A stretch of 64,000 nucleotides of DNA from Macrostomum lignano. Taxonomy: Eukaryota. Within the stretch, counting starts at the first letter, position 1. Every line of letters starts with the position of its first letter. Shown here piece after piece: positions 51,201-64,000 of this stretch. Position numbers and translations under genes: made by a program. The notes below the pieces were generated by a model that had not been told where the DNA came from, did no database searches, and saw nothing but the letters and a program-made list of their open reading frames with translations. Location of the stretch: contig NIVC01002235.1 in the NCBI GenBank assembly GCA_002269645.1, positions 126,855 to 190,854 of the forward strand. The letters run 5' to 3'.

Positions 51201-54200
51201 ATCGAGTCTGTGAAGAATCGAGTGTGTGAGGAATCGAGTGTGTGAAGAATCGAGTGTGTGAAGAATCGAGTGTGTGAAGAATCGAGCTTGTGAAGAATCG
51301 AGTCTGTGAAGAATCGAGCTTGTGAAGAATCGAGTCTGTGAAGAATCGAGTTTGTGAAGAATCGAGTTTGTGAAGAATCGAGTTTGTGAAGAATCGAGTG
51401 TGTGAAGAATCGAGTTTGTGAAGAATCGAGTGTGTGAAGAATCGAGCTTGTGAAGGATCGAGTCTGTGAAGAATCGAGCTTGTGAAGAATCGAGTCTGTG
51501 ACGAATCGAGCTTGTGAAGAATCGAGTTTGTGAAGAATCGAGTTTGTGAAGAATCGAGTGTGTGAAGAATCGAGTTTGTGAAGAATCGAGCTTGTGAAGA
51601 ATCGAGCTTGTGAAGAATCGAGTCTGTGAAGAATCGAGCTTGTGAAGAATCGAGTCTGTGAAGAATCGAGTTTGTGAAGAATCGAGTTTGTGAAGAATCG
51701 AGTCTGTGAAGAATCGAGTTTGTGAAGAATCGAGCTTCGAACTTTTCTGTCTTCCTCTGAAAACAAGATCTTTCAAGATGGCTTGGAAGAATGAAAGAAG
51801 GGTCGCACGGTTCCGAAGCCATTTGAACTGAGAGGCAGAAAATTAAGGAAGCGATTTAAAAGATAAGAAGATATACATGTGTCTAACAAAAATGACGACT
51901 TTATTAAAACGCTAATAATTGTATTGTTCCAATTATTTTATACACTTTAAGACCCGGAAAATCTAGTCAATAACTCTATTAGCAATAGTTTGCATTCGAT
52001 TTCTGCCGATCAATATCGATAGCTGATATTGCTAAGAGTAAGGATTGCTGGGAGTTCACACCACCTGCTGTGTTTGCCCAATTAGTGTCAATAACCAATC
52101 AGAGATGCTAAGAGTTTGCACAGTTCAGTTCAGTAAGAAGTGTCTACACTGTGTAGTTGTGTCAGTCATTTTTCTCTCACCACGCTGTTCCTCATTTCTC
52201 CAGTTCCCCTCCAGCTCCCCTTTCTCCAGATCTTCATCTCATTATTTAATAGTGAAATTTTTGCTAGCAATTTCTAGCTATAGTTTTTAACGATCTGTTT
52301 AAACAGGTCAACTTTGACAGTGAGCAAGTATTGTTTCAAGAGCTCAACTCACTCAGGTCCATATTGTAGACAGAACGAGGAGTGGGAGAAAAGAGGGGAG
52401 AGGTCCAGAATCTCTTCTTCATCATCGTTTCAGACTCCTATTATACGGTAAATCCCATTAGAAAGCTGAATCGTTTAATCAGGTTGAGAGAAGGCTTGAG
52501 TCGGCGGTATAAGCTTGGTTTACGCTGTGTCAACACGTTCTGGGGAGTTCCGAAGAGAGTCAGTCAGTCTCAAGTCTGAAAGGGTTTTTGAAGCGATATT
52601 GAGAAAGTGACTGATGATCTCCAGTCTTTGAGTTCTGTATAAGCAATAGAAACCCCCCTTGAAGCTCGCTTTACACACATATTAGTGCCTGAGTGCAGGG
52701 ATTGGCATCTTCAGTTTCATTCTTGACCCACTGCGATCGAGGCCCTATACGTATATGCGCATGGAGGTCTTTAGGAAAAATATAGCAAACAGACCAGCAA
52801 CTTGGCTTTTATACTTGGCGGTGCCTGACCGTTGAAATTGGGAGGCGGCGGGCCCGAGAAAGTATGGAGAAAAGCTGGACAAACAAGGCAATCCGAGAGT
52901 TCTAAGCCAGCCGACGGTTCCCCGAAAATCCCCAAAAAACAAAGGTGTTTCGGTTTGGGGGAGGACTGCAATAATAAACACCTATAAGACAGGGATGCAG
53001 GCTTGAGGATCAAATTGTTTGCACACTCCTGCGCAGTGTGGGTGTCCGGCTAAACCTTATCGAATAGATTTTTTTCTCTTGGCAAAAAATGGCTAATTTT
53101 TTTTCTTGTGCGGAAAATAGCGGAGAATGCCGAGAGCCGCGTGAATAGGAGATGTCAGCTGTCTGTCACGATCGCTGGCCAAATGTAAAAAAGAAGAATT
53201 CGATTCCCAAAGTCTGGCAAACTTGCAATGCGGTCTTTGAATTCCTCAGCAACTTAGGTGGCCGGTTTTCCGTCTGCTGGTCTGAGGAATGCTGCAAGAG
53301 GGTTGGACAACTCTCGATGGTTTTCTAAAATTGTGCATAATATGCATCTATTGTTTGTTTATATTGTTTTGATAACTACGAGTATTGAATTACATGTATA
53401 TAGGATGTTAAAACAGGCTGAAGACAGAAAGAGTATTGAGTGAGATATGGAGAGACTACTGAGTGAGATACGGAGTGCTGAGTGAGATATGGAGAGAGTG
53501 CTGAGTGAGATATGTAGAGAGTGCTGAGTGAGATATGGAGAGAGCATTGAGTGAGATGGAGAGAGTGCTGAGTGAGATATGGAGAGAGCATTGAGTGAGA
53601 TGGAGAGAGTGCTGAGTGAGATATGGAGAGAGCGTTGAGTGAGATATGGAGAAGATATGGAGAGAGTGTTGAGTGAGATAGAGAGATTAGTAAGTCATAA
53701 TTCGTTATCCGTTGATATTACGCAATGTAATTTTAACAAGCCGTGTCCTGTCCCCACAGCTGGAATCCAACTTGAAGCGCTCCGAAAGCGAACAGTCCGC
53801 GAGTTGCAACGCCTCCGCTGCCTGTTGGACACCTACGGCCTGTTGCTAGGTCAGGTGAATCGACTGCGAATGAAATGCGGCCTCGAGCCTCTGCAGGACT
53901 TTCGGAACACTGGCGGACTCAATGTCGAGTGAGTTGATGCATGCCACACCATGGGATTATCTGGAGCCCCCTAGGGGGGTTTGATTGCTAGTCTAATTGA
54001 CTAAAATATTGAAATTCAAGTAGGAACCGGTTTAAATGCAGCAATAAAGTTTGAGTTCGATTTCAGTTAAGAAGTTTTTTACGAGCCGTAGCATTAAATT
54101 AATTTTTTATTAAGCTATTTTCTTTATTATATGCAAAAAGTGCAACCAAAGACAGTAACGGAAGCAAGCAAAGTTCCTAATGTACTTTTATATGTGAAGT

Positions 54201-55255
54201 CTTATAGCTCGAAACGTGGATATTTTTCGACCGAGTAAAAATCCCCAGTCAAATCTTTTCGAAATCCGTTTAGACAAAAAGCCGTATCTTGAGCAATTCC
54301 GCTTCTCAATGATGTATTTTTAAGCTGTATTTTTAGCATAACTACGAATACTGTAGCTTCAAAAGTTCAGGGCTTACTTTGCAGAATAAAATTCCTGTCT
54401 CTCAAACATAATTCAAAGTACATGTAGTGGCAAGTCTTTAAAAATATTCCCGTACATTGACACGTGTTGTGCGAGCTTGCGAGCAGTGGAGTTGGTTATT
54501 ATGTCATGATTTCAAAAAAAGTACTCCTCCGGTTTTAACCACCCCTAATCCCGAATTGCATCCAGCATCGCGAACAAATGCGGTCAGATCCCGATGGGCA
54601 ACAATGGGTCAGCCGCGGCCGCGGCAGCCGCTTTGGACTTCATGAGCCGGCACCTGCTGGGTTTCGGTACGCCGTTCCTGCCGAATTTTGGCGGCGTCGG
54701 CGGCGGCGGTGGTGGCGGAGCATTCCTGCCGTCGCCTCCCGGATCTGCCGTCTATCATCATCTCCAGCATCAGCACCAGCAGCATCATCAGCATCAGCAT
54801 AATCAGCAGCAGCAACAGTCGCTGCCACCGCCTCCACCGCCGATGTCCGCGGCAGCAGCAGCCGCTGCCGCCGCTGTAGCAGCCGCCGCCGCAGCCGCCG
54901 TCAGCTCTTCGTCGAGCAGCCTGTGCGGCCGGCTCTACCCTCCTCCTCACCCGCACTCCCTGACCCGAGGCCGGGCAGCTCAAACGCCGCCCTGCACCAG
55001 CCGGCAGCTCTGTCAACAACTTCCTCGTCCTGCCCATCGGCTGGCGTCTCCATGCAGCAGCCGATGCCGCAAGTCTGTGCCACGGCCACGGCCGCCGCCG
55101 CCTTTCGACAGCAACCGCCGCCGATGAAAGCTTGCACCTCCTGCCACCAGCAGATTCACCGGAATGCGCCAATCTGCCCGCTCTGCAAAGCCAAGAGCCG
55201 GTCTAAGAATCCCAAGAAGCAGAAGCGAAAGATTGACGGCTCGCTGATTGGTTGA
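45272..55255 (+). CDS. ZC4H2: Zinc finger C4H2-type protein, 4 exons
   Basis: Exons 45272-45477, 49484-49655, 53760-53928, 54566-55255 with compatible phases. Coiled coil [19 protein letters not shown]; C-terminus [39 protein letters not shown] nearly identical to ZC4H2. Apparent 1-nt deletions near 53795 and 54930. Confidence 0.88.
45550..46870. repeat. Polypurine (GGAGA/GAGAG)n tract
   Basis: About 1.3 kb almost free of pyrimidines, in ZC4H2 intron 1. Confidence 0.95.
47500..48000 (-). mobile_element. Possible highly decayed Ty3/Gypsy pol fragment
   Basis: Minus-strand fragments in RT-to-RNase H order: VMPRL, YYLG, ADAS...GQPV; many stop codons. Confidence 0.25.
48540..49330. repeat. Polypyrimidine (CTCCT/CTCTC)n tract
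   Basis: Inverted counterpart of 45550-46870. Confidence 0.95.
49810..50510. repeat. Minisatellite, 20-bp unit CACAGAACCATAGAATCACC
   Basis: Tandem array in ZC4H2 intron 2. Confidence 0.95.
51125..51737. repeat. Minisatellite, 16-bp unit TGTGAAGAATCGAG(T/C)(T/C/G)
   Basis: Tandem array whose first unit is TGTGAAATTTCGAGCT. Confidence 0.95.
53430..53690. repeat. Minisatellite, about 23-bp unit GAGTGAGATATGGAGAGAGTGCT
   Basis: Tandem array just upstream of ZC4H2 exon 3. Confidence 0.9.
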
Positions 55256-56442
55256 GAGACTCTCAGTATCTCCCTGACCGAAAATTGACATGCAGATCGA
55301 GCGTTTCACTTTTGCATGCAATCGGGGACTATAAAACTAACTAATAATATGGTTCGTTTAGCGATCGATATCTATAACAAACATGAAAGTCAAGCGTTGC
55401 CTTCAAACTACAGTTTAAAATGCGAGTTGTTGTTAGCTGTGTAGATTGGCAAGCTATATTAAATTTTTGTTTGCGTACAAACTTGTTTGACTACATATTG
55501 TATGTCTATATTATTTGCCACTTTTTTTATCTTGTATGTAATTCATTTCTCTGTGTACTTATTAAATTCTGATTTCGTTAAATGTCCTAGCTATAAACAG
55601 CCTGTCAGTTTTATTTGCGTCTGTTTTATCGCACTCGACGCACCCTTATTATTTTACCCCCGCACCAAATTAAACAACATCACTGTCAATTTTTTAATTT
55701 ATGCAACTTTCCTTTCTTCAGACCTCAATATTCATTCATGACAAAATCAACTTCTATATACTGATGCTGAAATTCTTCTGGGCCATCTGTTTCAAATCTA
55801 CTAGCTGTAATAGTAAAAATATAACAAAAATCAACCGTTATCAACTCTTTGTGAGTCGTGCACAAAGTGTACGCATTTAAATCTTTTGGTTACTCATTTG
55901 AGTCGCCAGACTATAGAACCAGGACAGAATTAAGGGGTTCCAAACTTTTAATAGGCAATTAAAAATAGTACAATATACTTTTGGTTAACTTCATGGCATT
56001 GTATCATACCTCACTAGCTGTGTGAATAATTTAAATGTAAAAAATCTTCTGATGTGCTGTGCGTTGCTTAGGACCTTACGTATACAGTACAGGTACTTAC
56101 ACCGCGCCCGCGTGTTCTCATCAAAATGTACGCCATGCTACACAGGGACGTCGCCAAGGGGGACGGGGCCGGGATATTCCCCACTAAAAGTTGTGGGAGG
56201 GGACCAAAAACCAGTGTATACCGGTAACACTACATGCACAATGGTCCTTGGAGGGGACATGCCAAATGCTTTATAGTCCCAAGAAATTTGCTTCAGGAAT
56301 TTGAATTTGAAGTGTCTGAGTGTCTGTAGAACCAATGCAAGACTAAAATACTAACAGTGTACACAACATGCATGTACATTTTGAGTATACATTTTGAGTG
56401 TGTACACTGTTAGTACTTTTGTCTTGCATTGGGTCTTACAGC

Positions 56443-58300
56443 CATGACAGCAACCAGGCCAGTGCTGCCAGGGACGAGCTGCAGCGCATCCACGCCCAGC
56501 GGACTGAAGCCTTCATCGAAGAGGCTGTGGGCGAAATCCAACTCGCTTGCCACTGACAACTGCCGCCATAGTTCTGCCATAGGACGGCCATCAACCAGCT
56601 GACTGGCAGGAAGCCCAAGCCCAACACCATCGTCGGCGCTGATTCCACCGAGCACCACAAGGCCCTGCTGGCCACTCACTACTGCGAGGTGCTCAACGCG
56701 CCCGTTATAGCTGCGCCTCTTCTGCCAATCCCAGACTCTTCGCTCCAGCCCAGCCAGGCGCCTTCAACACCGGCCCCATCACTTCGGGCGAGGTTGGCCG
56801 AGCACTGAAGATCATGCGAGCTGACGCCGCCGCTGGGGTGGACGCCATCCCTCCCAGGGTCCTGAAGCTGTCCGAGCTCACCCCAATCATTACCAGCCTG
56901 CTGAAAAAGCACTGCAGCCTTGAAGGCAACGAGACCGCTTCAGCTCCTCAGCAATGTGCACCTCCAAGATTGTCTTCATCCTGAAGAAAGGCGCCTCCAC
57001 CAGCCTGGACAACCAGCGGGCATCGCTCTGGAATGCACAAAGCCGAAGCTGCACTGAACACAATTCTGCTCAACTGCCTCCTAGCCGGCCTCAACCCACT
57101 GCTGCTGAGCCTCCTAGCCCGGCCTCAACCCACTGCTGCTGAGCCTCCAAAGTGGCTTCCGTCCGGGCAGGTCCACCACCGAGCAGGTTGCCACCATCCG
57201 CTCTGTCATCGAGGCCTGCAAGACGGCCGCCAGCGCTCCGTGTCAATCATCTTCGTCGACTTTCGTAAGGCGATTGACTCGGTGTCCAGGCCTGCGATCG
57301 CGTGGCTTTTATCTCACTATGGTGTACCTGCTGCGCTGGTGATCACTGTGATGGACCTCTACCGCGACTCCAGGGCTTTTGTAATCTCGCGCGATGACCC
57401 CACAGAAGAGTTCGGCACCAGCTCAGGCGTACTTCAGGGTGACACACTGGCTCCTCTGCTCTTTCTCGTGGTTGTGGATTACGTGCTCCGTCGGTCCCTC
57501 TGCGAGGACGACAGCTACTTTGCTGGTCTCACGCCGAAGCTCCAGACACCCTGCTGTTTCGCTTCCCGCTCTCGCATATGCTGAGGATATCGCGCTGCTT
57601 TGCCGCGAACCTGCTGCAGCCCAGTGCGCTCTCACAAGGCTCTGCGACGAGGGTGCCCGCGTTGGGCTGCTGGTGAACGCTCGCAAGACGGAGGCGCTGC
57701 ACGTGGGCACGAATACCACCCCAGCCCAATGGAGACCGCATCGCGGTGCACGAGGACTTCCGGAACCTCGGTGCCCTTATTATGAACCCCGATGCGATTG
57801 TCTCCGACAAGGAGCAACCAGGCCTGGCGCGCCGCGCACCTGCAAAGGAACGTCTTCAATTCAGCTGCCACAGACGACCTGAAGGTGCGTCTGTTCCGCG
57901 TGGCCGTCGAGCCGATCCTCCTGTACGGCATGGAGGCTGTGCCGCTGACCAAGACGCGAGAGCGAGCCCTGGACGCGCTTTACCGATCGCTGCTGCGCTA
58001 CGCACTGGGCGTGCGCTACCCGGAGCGCCCGCCTATCAGCGCTACCCTCCGCTGGCGCCGTCAGATGCTGCTGGGCCACCACTGCCTACGAACCCTGGGC
58101 CCGTAGGTGCGCCCGTCCTTCAGGCTCTGCTGCAACGGTCAACCGAGCAACTGCGCCGCGGCCCGGCCCACACTGCCACTCTGACGGACTGCCTCATTGC
58201 TGACTTGCAGGCGCTTGCACTGACCCCTCAGGCAGCTGCCTGCTCCTCCTGCCTGTTCTGCGAGCGCTTACGCGCTAGGGGTCTACTGTGTGCGCCCTAA
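56443..58300 (+). mobile_element. 5'-truncated, degenerate RTE-like LINE (second family)
   Basis: Frameshifted RT motifs SGFRPGRSTTEQV, IIFVDFRKAIDSVSR, SSGVLQGDTLAP, YAED, RLFRVAVEPILLYG. Confidence 0.85.
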
Positions 58301-61300
58301 AAATGTATATGATGCATGCATATGCTACCGGTTGTATTACTAGGTACTATATTTTTAGTACACCTGCTGTACATGTATGCAAATATTTCAACGGTGCTAA
58401 TACTAGTAGTATAATAATGATATGTTATCCATTCCATGAAATGCTGGGGCACCATATGCAGATGAAATCGCTATAGGGATGCAGAATTAGTTGTTACATG
58501 TAAACCTGTCGTGCCGCGAAGGGAGCTACATGTACGTAACAGTAATAGTGTAGGTTGCGGGCCGACAAACCAAATTTGTTTTTAGACTGTTCATTTGGTT
58601 TACATGTACGTTTAATATGTTAATAACGGCACTTTACATGTATGTAATTGAATAAAAATTCAACGAGGTCCACTCGATCAGGACTGTGTAACAAGAAATC
58701 ATTCATATATTAGATCCTCAATTAAAGAGCGCGCCCGTGCACTGGTAGTATTTTCATCGAAATTTCCCAACAGAATACACACAAGAGTATTTATTCTATT
58801 TCGGAATCTACGCAGGTGTATTTTTTGCACAATGGTAGAATGGGTAAAAAAATCACAGGGTTTGGCATGTTGTTTCATTGTATACTAGGCCCACACAGGG
58901 AGCGATTCAAAAGCAATAAAATTTTCAAAAATTTTTATGTTCCATATACAATAATGTAATACACTAACTGTATTTAGTAAAAAAGTTTGCTATCTTAAAA
59001 TTTTACCATATATTTGTTTAAATGGTCAACGTATAAATCGCATCAATATGACGTTGAATAAGCAGGTCCTCAATCTGCTTAGTACTCAACTGCTTCAGTA
59101 GTTAGTGTCAGACTGGATCATCAGGACACATATGGGCGATATGGCTTATGTCGTATGACGTTAAACATATGTTAATTTTTCATTGACATTAGAAGGCCTA
59201 TAATTTTTATAAAATATTATGTATTACCTACCTAATTTATATTTAATTTAGATCTATATTCCTGAAAGCATTGGTAGGCCCATTAAAGTGCTATCCTAGG
59301 CTTAATTTTTGTTGAGTAGGGGCCTAAATTAAATTAAGAGTACATAGCAATGGCCTAGGCAAATTTAACAATGAGCAGAACTCAAAAAAGTTAAGCATTG
59401 GCAATATTTGTGAGAGCTAAAATTGCAGCTAGTATTGTATAAAATATCAATAACCCAAAGGCCAAAGCTAGGCCTAATGTCATAGGCTTAACCCATAGGC
59501 CTATATGGCCTTATGATAAGGCCATGGCCATCTATAATATTCCCTTTTAGATTTGAAACAAAATAGTACAAATGAGATTGAGAATTTATAGGCCTAGTAG
59601 GTGGTGCTGTGATGGTCTAGCCTAGCTTTTTATGTTAAGAAGTAAAGACAAAGTAGTAATTATTAAAGTAGTAGGCCTAATAAATAGGCTATTAATTAAT
59701 TTGTTATAATTAGACCTAGACATTTCATATTTATACAATTATATAGGCCTATTAAAAAGTTTTGGCAATAATATGCTGTGTGCACTTATACTATAGGCTA
59801 GTAGGCCTAGCTAGGATCAAATTGTTTGTGGTTAGTTTGCTAGGATATATTACTTTGTCTATTGTCAGTTAATTTGCTAGCAGATAAAATGAGTTTTTAG
59901 TGGTGGGTATGTTTATTGTTTGTTTAGTATAATTATGAGGTAGGGGTTAAGAAAGAAAATAAAAAAAATTTGGATTTGGATTTTCCTTGTAACTGATTGG
60001 CATTGAGTTTGCACAAATGAATACAGAAATGGTGCAGACGAATCACAACAAATTGCTTTCTCCTGTTTTATTTCAACAGCCGGGGTCCTCAAATTCTGGG
60101 GGGAGGGTAGTCGTAATCATAGCGGAGCAGTCTTGTAGTGGCACGGTCATTCAAACAATAATACACTAGAGATTTTGGCGTCATAAAATTAATGTGTTAA
60201 TTTGCTGAGCTGGTTACTTTTGGTAGGGTAGTTGCTGCCACCACTATAATTTAAATATTTTGGAACAAATTAAGTCTTAGAGCTTTCTTTGAGATGAGAA
60301 CTTTGGTTTTTTTATGCCCCATAGGCAAATGACTCAAGCAATACTATGGCTTATGTCAACAGATAAATGTGGTGTTTATGTTTATTAAGTTTCATTTATT
60401 ATTTAGCAGGCTTAATAAAAAAGTTACTAATGCTATTTATAATTAGGACAATTACTGAGCTTTGCATTTAATTTATTATGACGACAATGATTGTGGGCGC
60501 CAGTGCGCAAAACGAGTTAAGAAAGTAAAATTGAACTAAACTTGGCAAAAGAAAACTGAAGTGAAGGAGGAGAAGAAATGCATGAACCTAAGGTGGCACG
60601 TCATAGGCTGTATAAATATTAATGGGGAGGCCACAGTCAATGAGTGGGCTGCCACTGGTTGCACTGGTGGACCAAAATCCTAGACGTGGACACAACAGAT
60701 GGAACAGCTTTAATGACATGCAAATTGAGAAAATAAAACAAAAAATTTAAGCAAAATTCCAGCAGGGGAAAACTGTTTTTTTCATAGAATGGGATGACAA
60801 AACACTTGCTAGATCTCTAATCAAAGGAACATGAGAAAAAATGATTAGCAAACAGACAAGAAAAAATTAACTCTTTTGTGAGCAGTTTGAAAGGCTATTA
60901 AAAAATAAAACAGTTAATTAAAATTCAGACCAGTTGCACCCAACTGCCACAATTATATGACATAAATACTATATATTGTATGATTAGTTAATTAATTCAG
61001 GTATAATTTAGCCATCAATATTCAAAGCAAAAAACAAATTATTATAGTTTATTTATACACTGCATAATATAATTTAAAGAGATGACACTATGTAATTTAG
61101 CTTTCATTTTTAACTGTGATTTTAATCTTTGATTTTTATATTTTAATTATGATTTTGTAACCTATTTCCTATGAATTTAGTTGTAGTTATCCCATCTCCT
61201 ATTTTTTCACTATGAACTCTTTTTTTTACTCTAAAGAAAAAACCACATGAGCTTTAAACTTTGTGCAAAATTTCTCCCAAAATGTAAATTGAAAACTTCC

Positions 61301-63217
61301 AACTGCTGATCATTCATCTGCTTATTTGCTTATTTGCTGCAAATACTGCTCTTTACACTAATATATGCTTTGCTGCTTCATTGCTAGGTATTGTTTTCAT
61401 TGGACACAATAGCATAGCAGATGAACTGTCCACCTTAGCATGGATCTCCAGTAGACAAACTGATAGCAGATTAAATGACTAGTTTGCCCCTAGTTTGTAC
61501 TATAGACAACAGGAAAAATGACCATTGCTTCATGGCTACACCAATACATGATTAAATTGAGTGCTTATAAAATAAACTAGATTATAAATGGTAATTTAGG
61601 GCAATGCCAACTTTGATTATAGCTACAATAAAATGTTAGTATGAATAGATAACTTGCTATTGCAATAATTGAATGAATTATGAATACTTGATAAATATCT
61701 AAAACAATAAGATCTTAATAAAATTGCTATCATTTTGCACCATTGCCAAGAAAGTGTTCAGTGTATGCCAGAGTTTTTTAGGCAAAATTGAAAGTGATAT
61801 ACCAAGTATGCCAAAAATTAGAAATGTGACTGTCATGTATACCAAAATTTCAAAATGATGCAACCTTACTTTGCCCTATGAGAATAAAGATAAATGATCC
61901 TTTTTACATTCCAACAATCAAGGACCTTTTCTATTGTTAGGTTTAATGTTTACATGTACACTATAACAAAATAAGTGTTGTATCTATTACTTAATAACAA
62001 CTTGCCATCACAAAGTTCTAATACTTAAACCCTTTAAAAACACTATCACATTCAATTAGTATATATATTTTTATTCACACTCCTATCCCCTCTTAACTGC
62101 TACCTTTTTCTTCAAAATTTTCTATTAAATTTTAGAAATTGGAAGACACTTGTACCTATTTTCAAATAGCTTTGTATACCACCTTGCATACCAAATACAA
62201 CTTTTTAAGATTCAAACACACCAAATATGCATGCCAATGAACTTAGAACTATAAATACAAAATAGTCTCCTTTGTAGGTATCCATTTATTATCCATTTTT
62301 ATATGCTTTTTGTCTATTTATAAGATTTGAATAAAGATATATGATAACTATGAAATTTCACTATACATATAGTCATTATCTGCATAATAACAGAATTTTA
62401 TAAATTGTGCTTATACAATTCTCATACAATATAAAAATCTATTGTCATAATTAGAGCTAGTTGCTATATATAATATAGTGCTCATAAGGTTGCTTATGCA
62501 TCATTGGAAAGATAATTTCATTGATTTCTTTTCTCTTGCCTAATATAACAATCCGTATATCTTCCAAAAATATATATTGTATACAAAGATTACCTATTGA
62601 ACATGTTTTATACCCTTAGTCTAACTAATTTTAGCTAAGATTAAAAATGTTTAGTCCAACTTATATTGTCTCTTAGAAATTGAAAATATAATATTAGAGT
62701 TCTAGCAAATGCCAATGCCTACTTGAAGCTACCAATATCTCTACCCTATCCTTTGCATTGCTAATCCTTTCTGATTAGTTGTAGAAGTTGCAGGCTTCAT
62801 GTGTATAGATTAATTCTATTTTGCAATTGGTAGGTGTCTGAAATCCTTAAGAATCCAAATAATTATGAGACTATTAATAATTCACATGAATATAAACTAT
62901 AAAAATATCAAATATGAATAGGCTTGAAACAATAGGATGTCAATGTCATTTTTGCATCCTGGGTCCGAATCAAGGATTTCAAATTAAAGTTAATATGTCA
63001 TTTGTGACATACCCTATGGCGTCTATGAGCCAACAAACCTAGACTGTAATATGTATTATAGATAAAGGCTTTAAATTTAGTTTTTAAATATTGCTATTGC
63101 CAAGTGTAGTCAGTACCTAATATTCATTATTAATAAATTGCATGGTGCCTATATTCAACAGAGCACCACTTGTTATTATTGTATTGCCTAGGTCACTTGC
63201 TAATCAATCAATCAATC

Positions 63218-63503
63218 ATGAAGGCACAACAACAACAACAACAGCAACCTCCCAATGCGCAACTTCAAGCATCTGTTTCGCCTAGAATAAAAATTGTGCT
63301 GGGCGAAAAGCCCTCTGTCACGCACTGTAACCCATTCTACCTCATGAGCAAGGAGCCGCCGCAGGAGGCGCCATTGACTGGAGCTTCCAATTTGATCAAG
63401 CATCACGATCTTGAGCAGGCTTATTCTATGTACTGTACCAGGCGTTTGCGTGAGGAGCTGTCGTGTTTTCTGCCTGGGTTACCTGGGAGATTGATACTAA
63501 TGG
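63218..63503 (+). CDS. MED19: Mediator subunit 19, first coding exon (gene runs off the window)
   Basis: PFYLMSKEPPQEAPLTGASNLIKHHDLEQAYSMYCTRRLREELSCFLPGLPG matches the MED19 core. A 1-nt G deletion near 63487 restores PGEIDTNG; donor GTGAGT at 63504. Confidence 0.85.
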
Positions 63504-63514
63504 GTGAGTCTTGG

Positions 63515-64000
63515 CACAGGCTGATTGCTAATAGGTAAGGCTGATTGCTAATAGGTAAGGCTGATTGCTAACTCAGGTCAGGCCTGATTGCTAACAGGTC
63601 AGGCTGATTGCTAACAGGTCAGGCTGATTGCTAACAGGTCCTCATTGCATGCATTGCTAACAGGTCAGGCTGATTGCTAACAGGTCAGGCTGATTGCTAA
63701 CAGGTCAGGCTGATTGCTAACAGGTCAGGCTGATTGCTAACAGGTCAGGCTGATTGCTAACAGGTCAGGCTGATTGCTAATAGGTCAGGCTGATTGCTAA
63801 CAGGTCAGGCTGATTGCTAATAGGTCAGGCTGATTGCTAACAGGTCAGGCTGATTGCTAATAGGTCAGGCTGATTGCTAACAGGTCAGGCTGATTGCTAA
63901 TAGGTCAGGCTGATTTGCTAACAGGTCAGGCTGCATTGCTAATAGGTCAGGCTGTGATTGCTAACTAGGTCAGGCTGATTGCTAATAGGTCAGGCTGATT
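63515..64000. repeat. Intronic minisatellite, 20-bp unit GGCTGATTGCTAA(C/T)AGGTCA
   Basis: Tandem array starting about 12 bp after the MED19 donor. Confidence 0.95.

Noticed and set aside
52600-53330. Possible MITE in ZC4H2 intron 2
   Set aside because: No terminal inverted repeats or second copy found in the window
53929-54565. ZC4H2 split into two genes (stop at 53930-53932)
   Set aside because: The GTGAGT donor at 53929 and the CAG acceptor at 54565 splice in phase and remove the stop

Overview
Eukaryotic, intron-rich animal genomic DNA. The minisatellite-filled introns and gene and repeat content suggest a flatworm such as Macrostomum lignano (inference). I rebuilt these genes by hand from GT-AG exons: PKD2/polycystin-2 (minus, 739-9592) with two tandem 114-nt candidate mutually exclusive exons; an SLC7 cationic amino acid transporter; a damaged WD40 gene; a secreted fibrinogen-related protein; ZC4H2; and exon 1 of MED19. 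The standout is a six-exon minus-strand gene (29401-34888, about 1447 codons). It joins ankyrin repeats, a cGAS/Mab-21-like nucleotidyltransferase, a helical region, more ankyrin repeats and a C-terminal caspase with an intact His-Cys dyad, making it a candidate one-protein cGLR sensor-to-caspase immune module. One in-frame TAA remains unresolved in it. Mobile DNA includes a four-level nest (SINE > MITE > solo LTR > 5'-inverted RTE LINE with a 10-bp TSD), a BEN-domain-like ORF between inverted GGCCCACTG arrays, Crypton-like and P-element-like fossils, two SINE families and about 18 tandem arrays. Several single-base frameshifts in conserved genes look like assembly errors. There are no CRISPR arrays, rRNA genes or true tRNA genes. 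All family assignments are by motif recognition; no database search was run.
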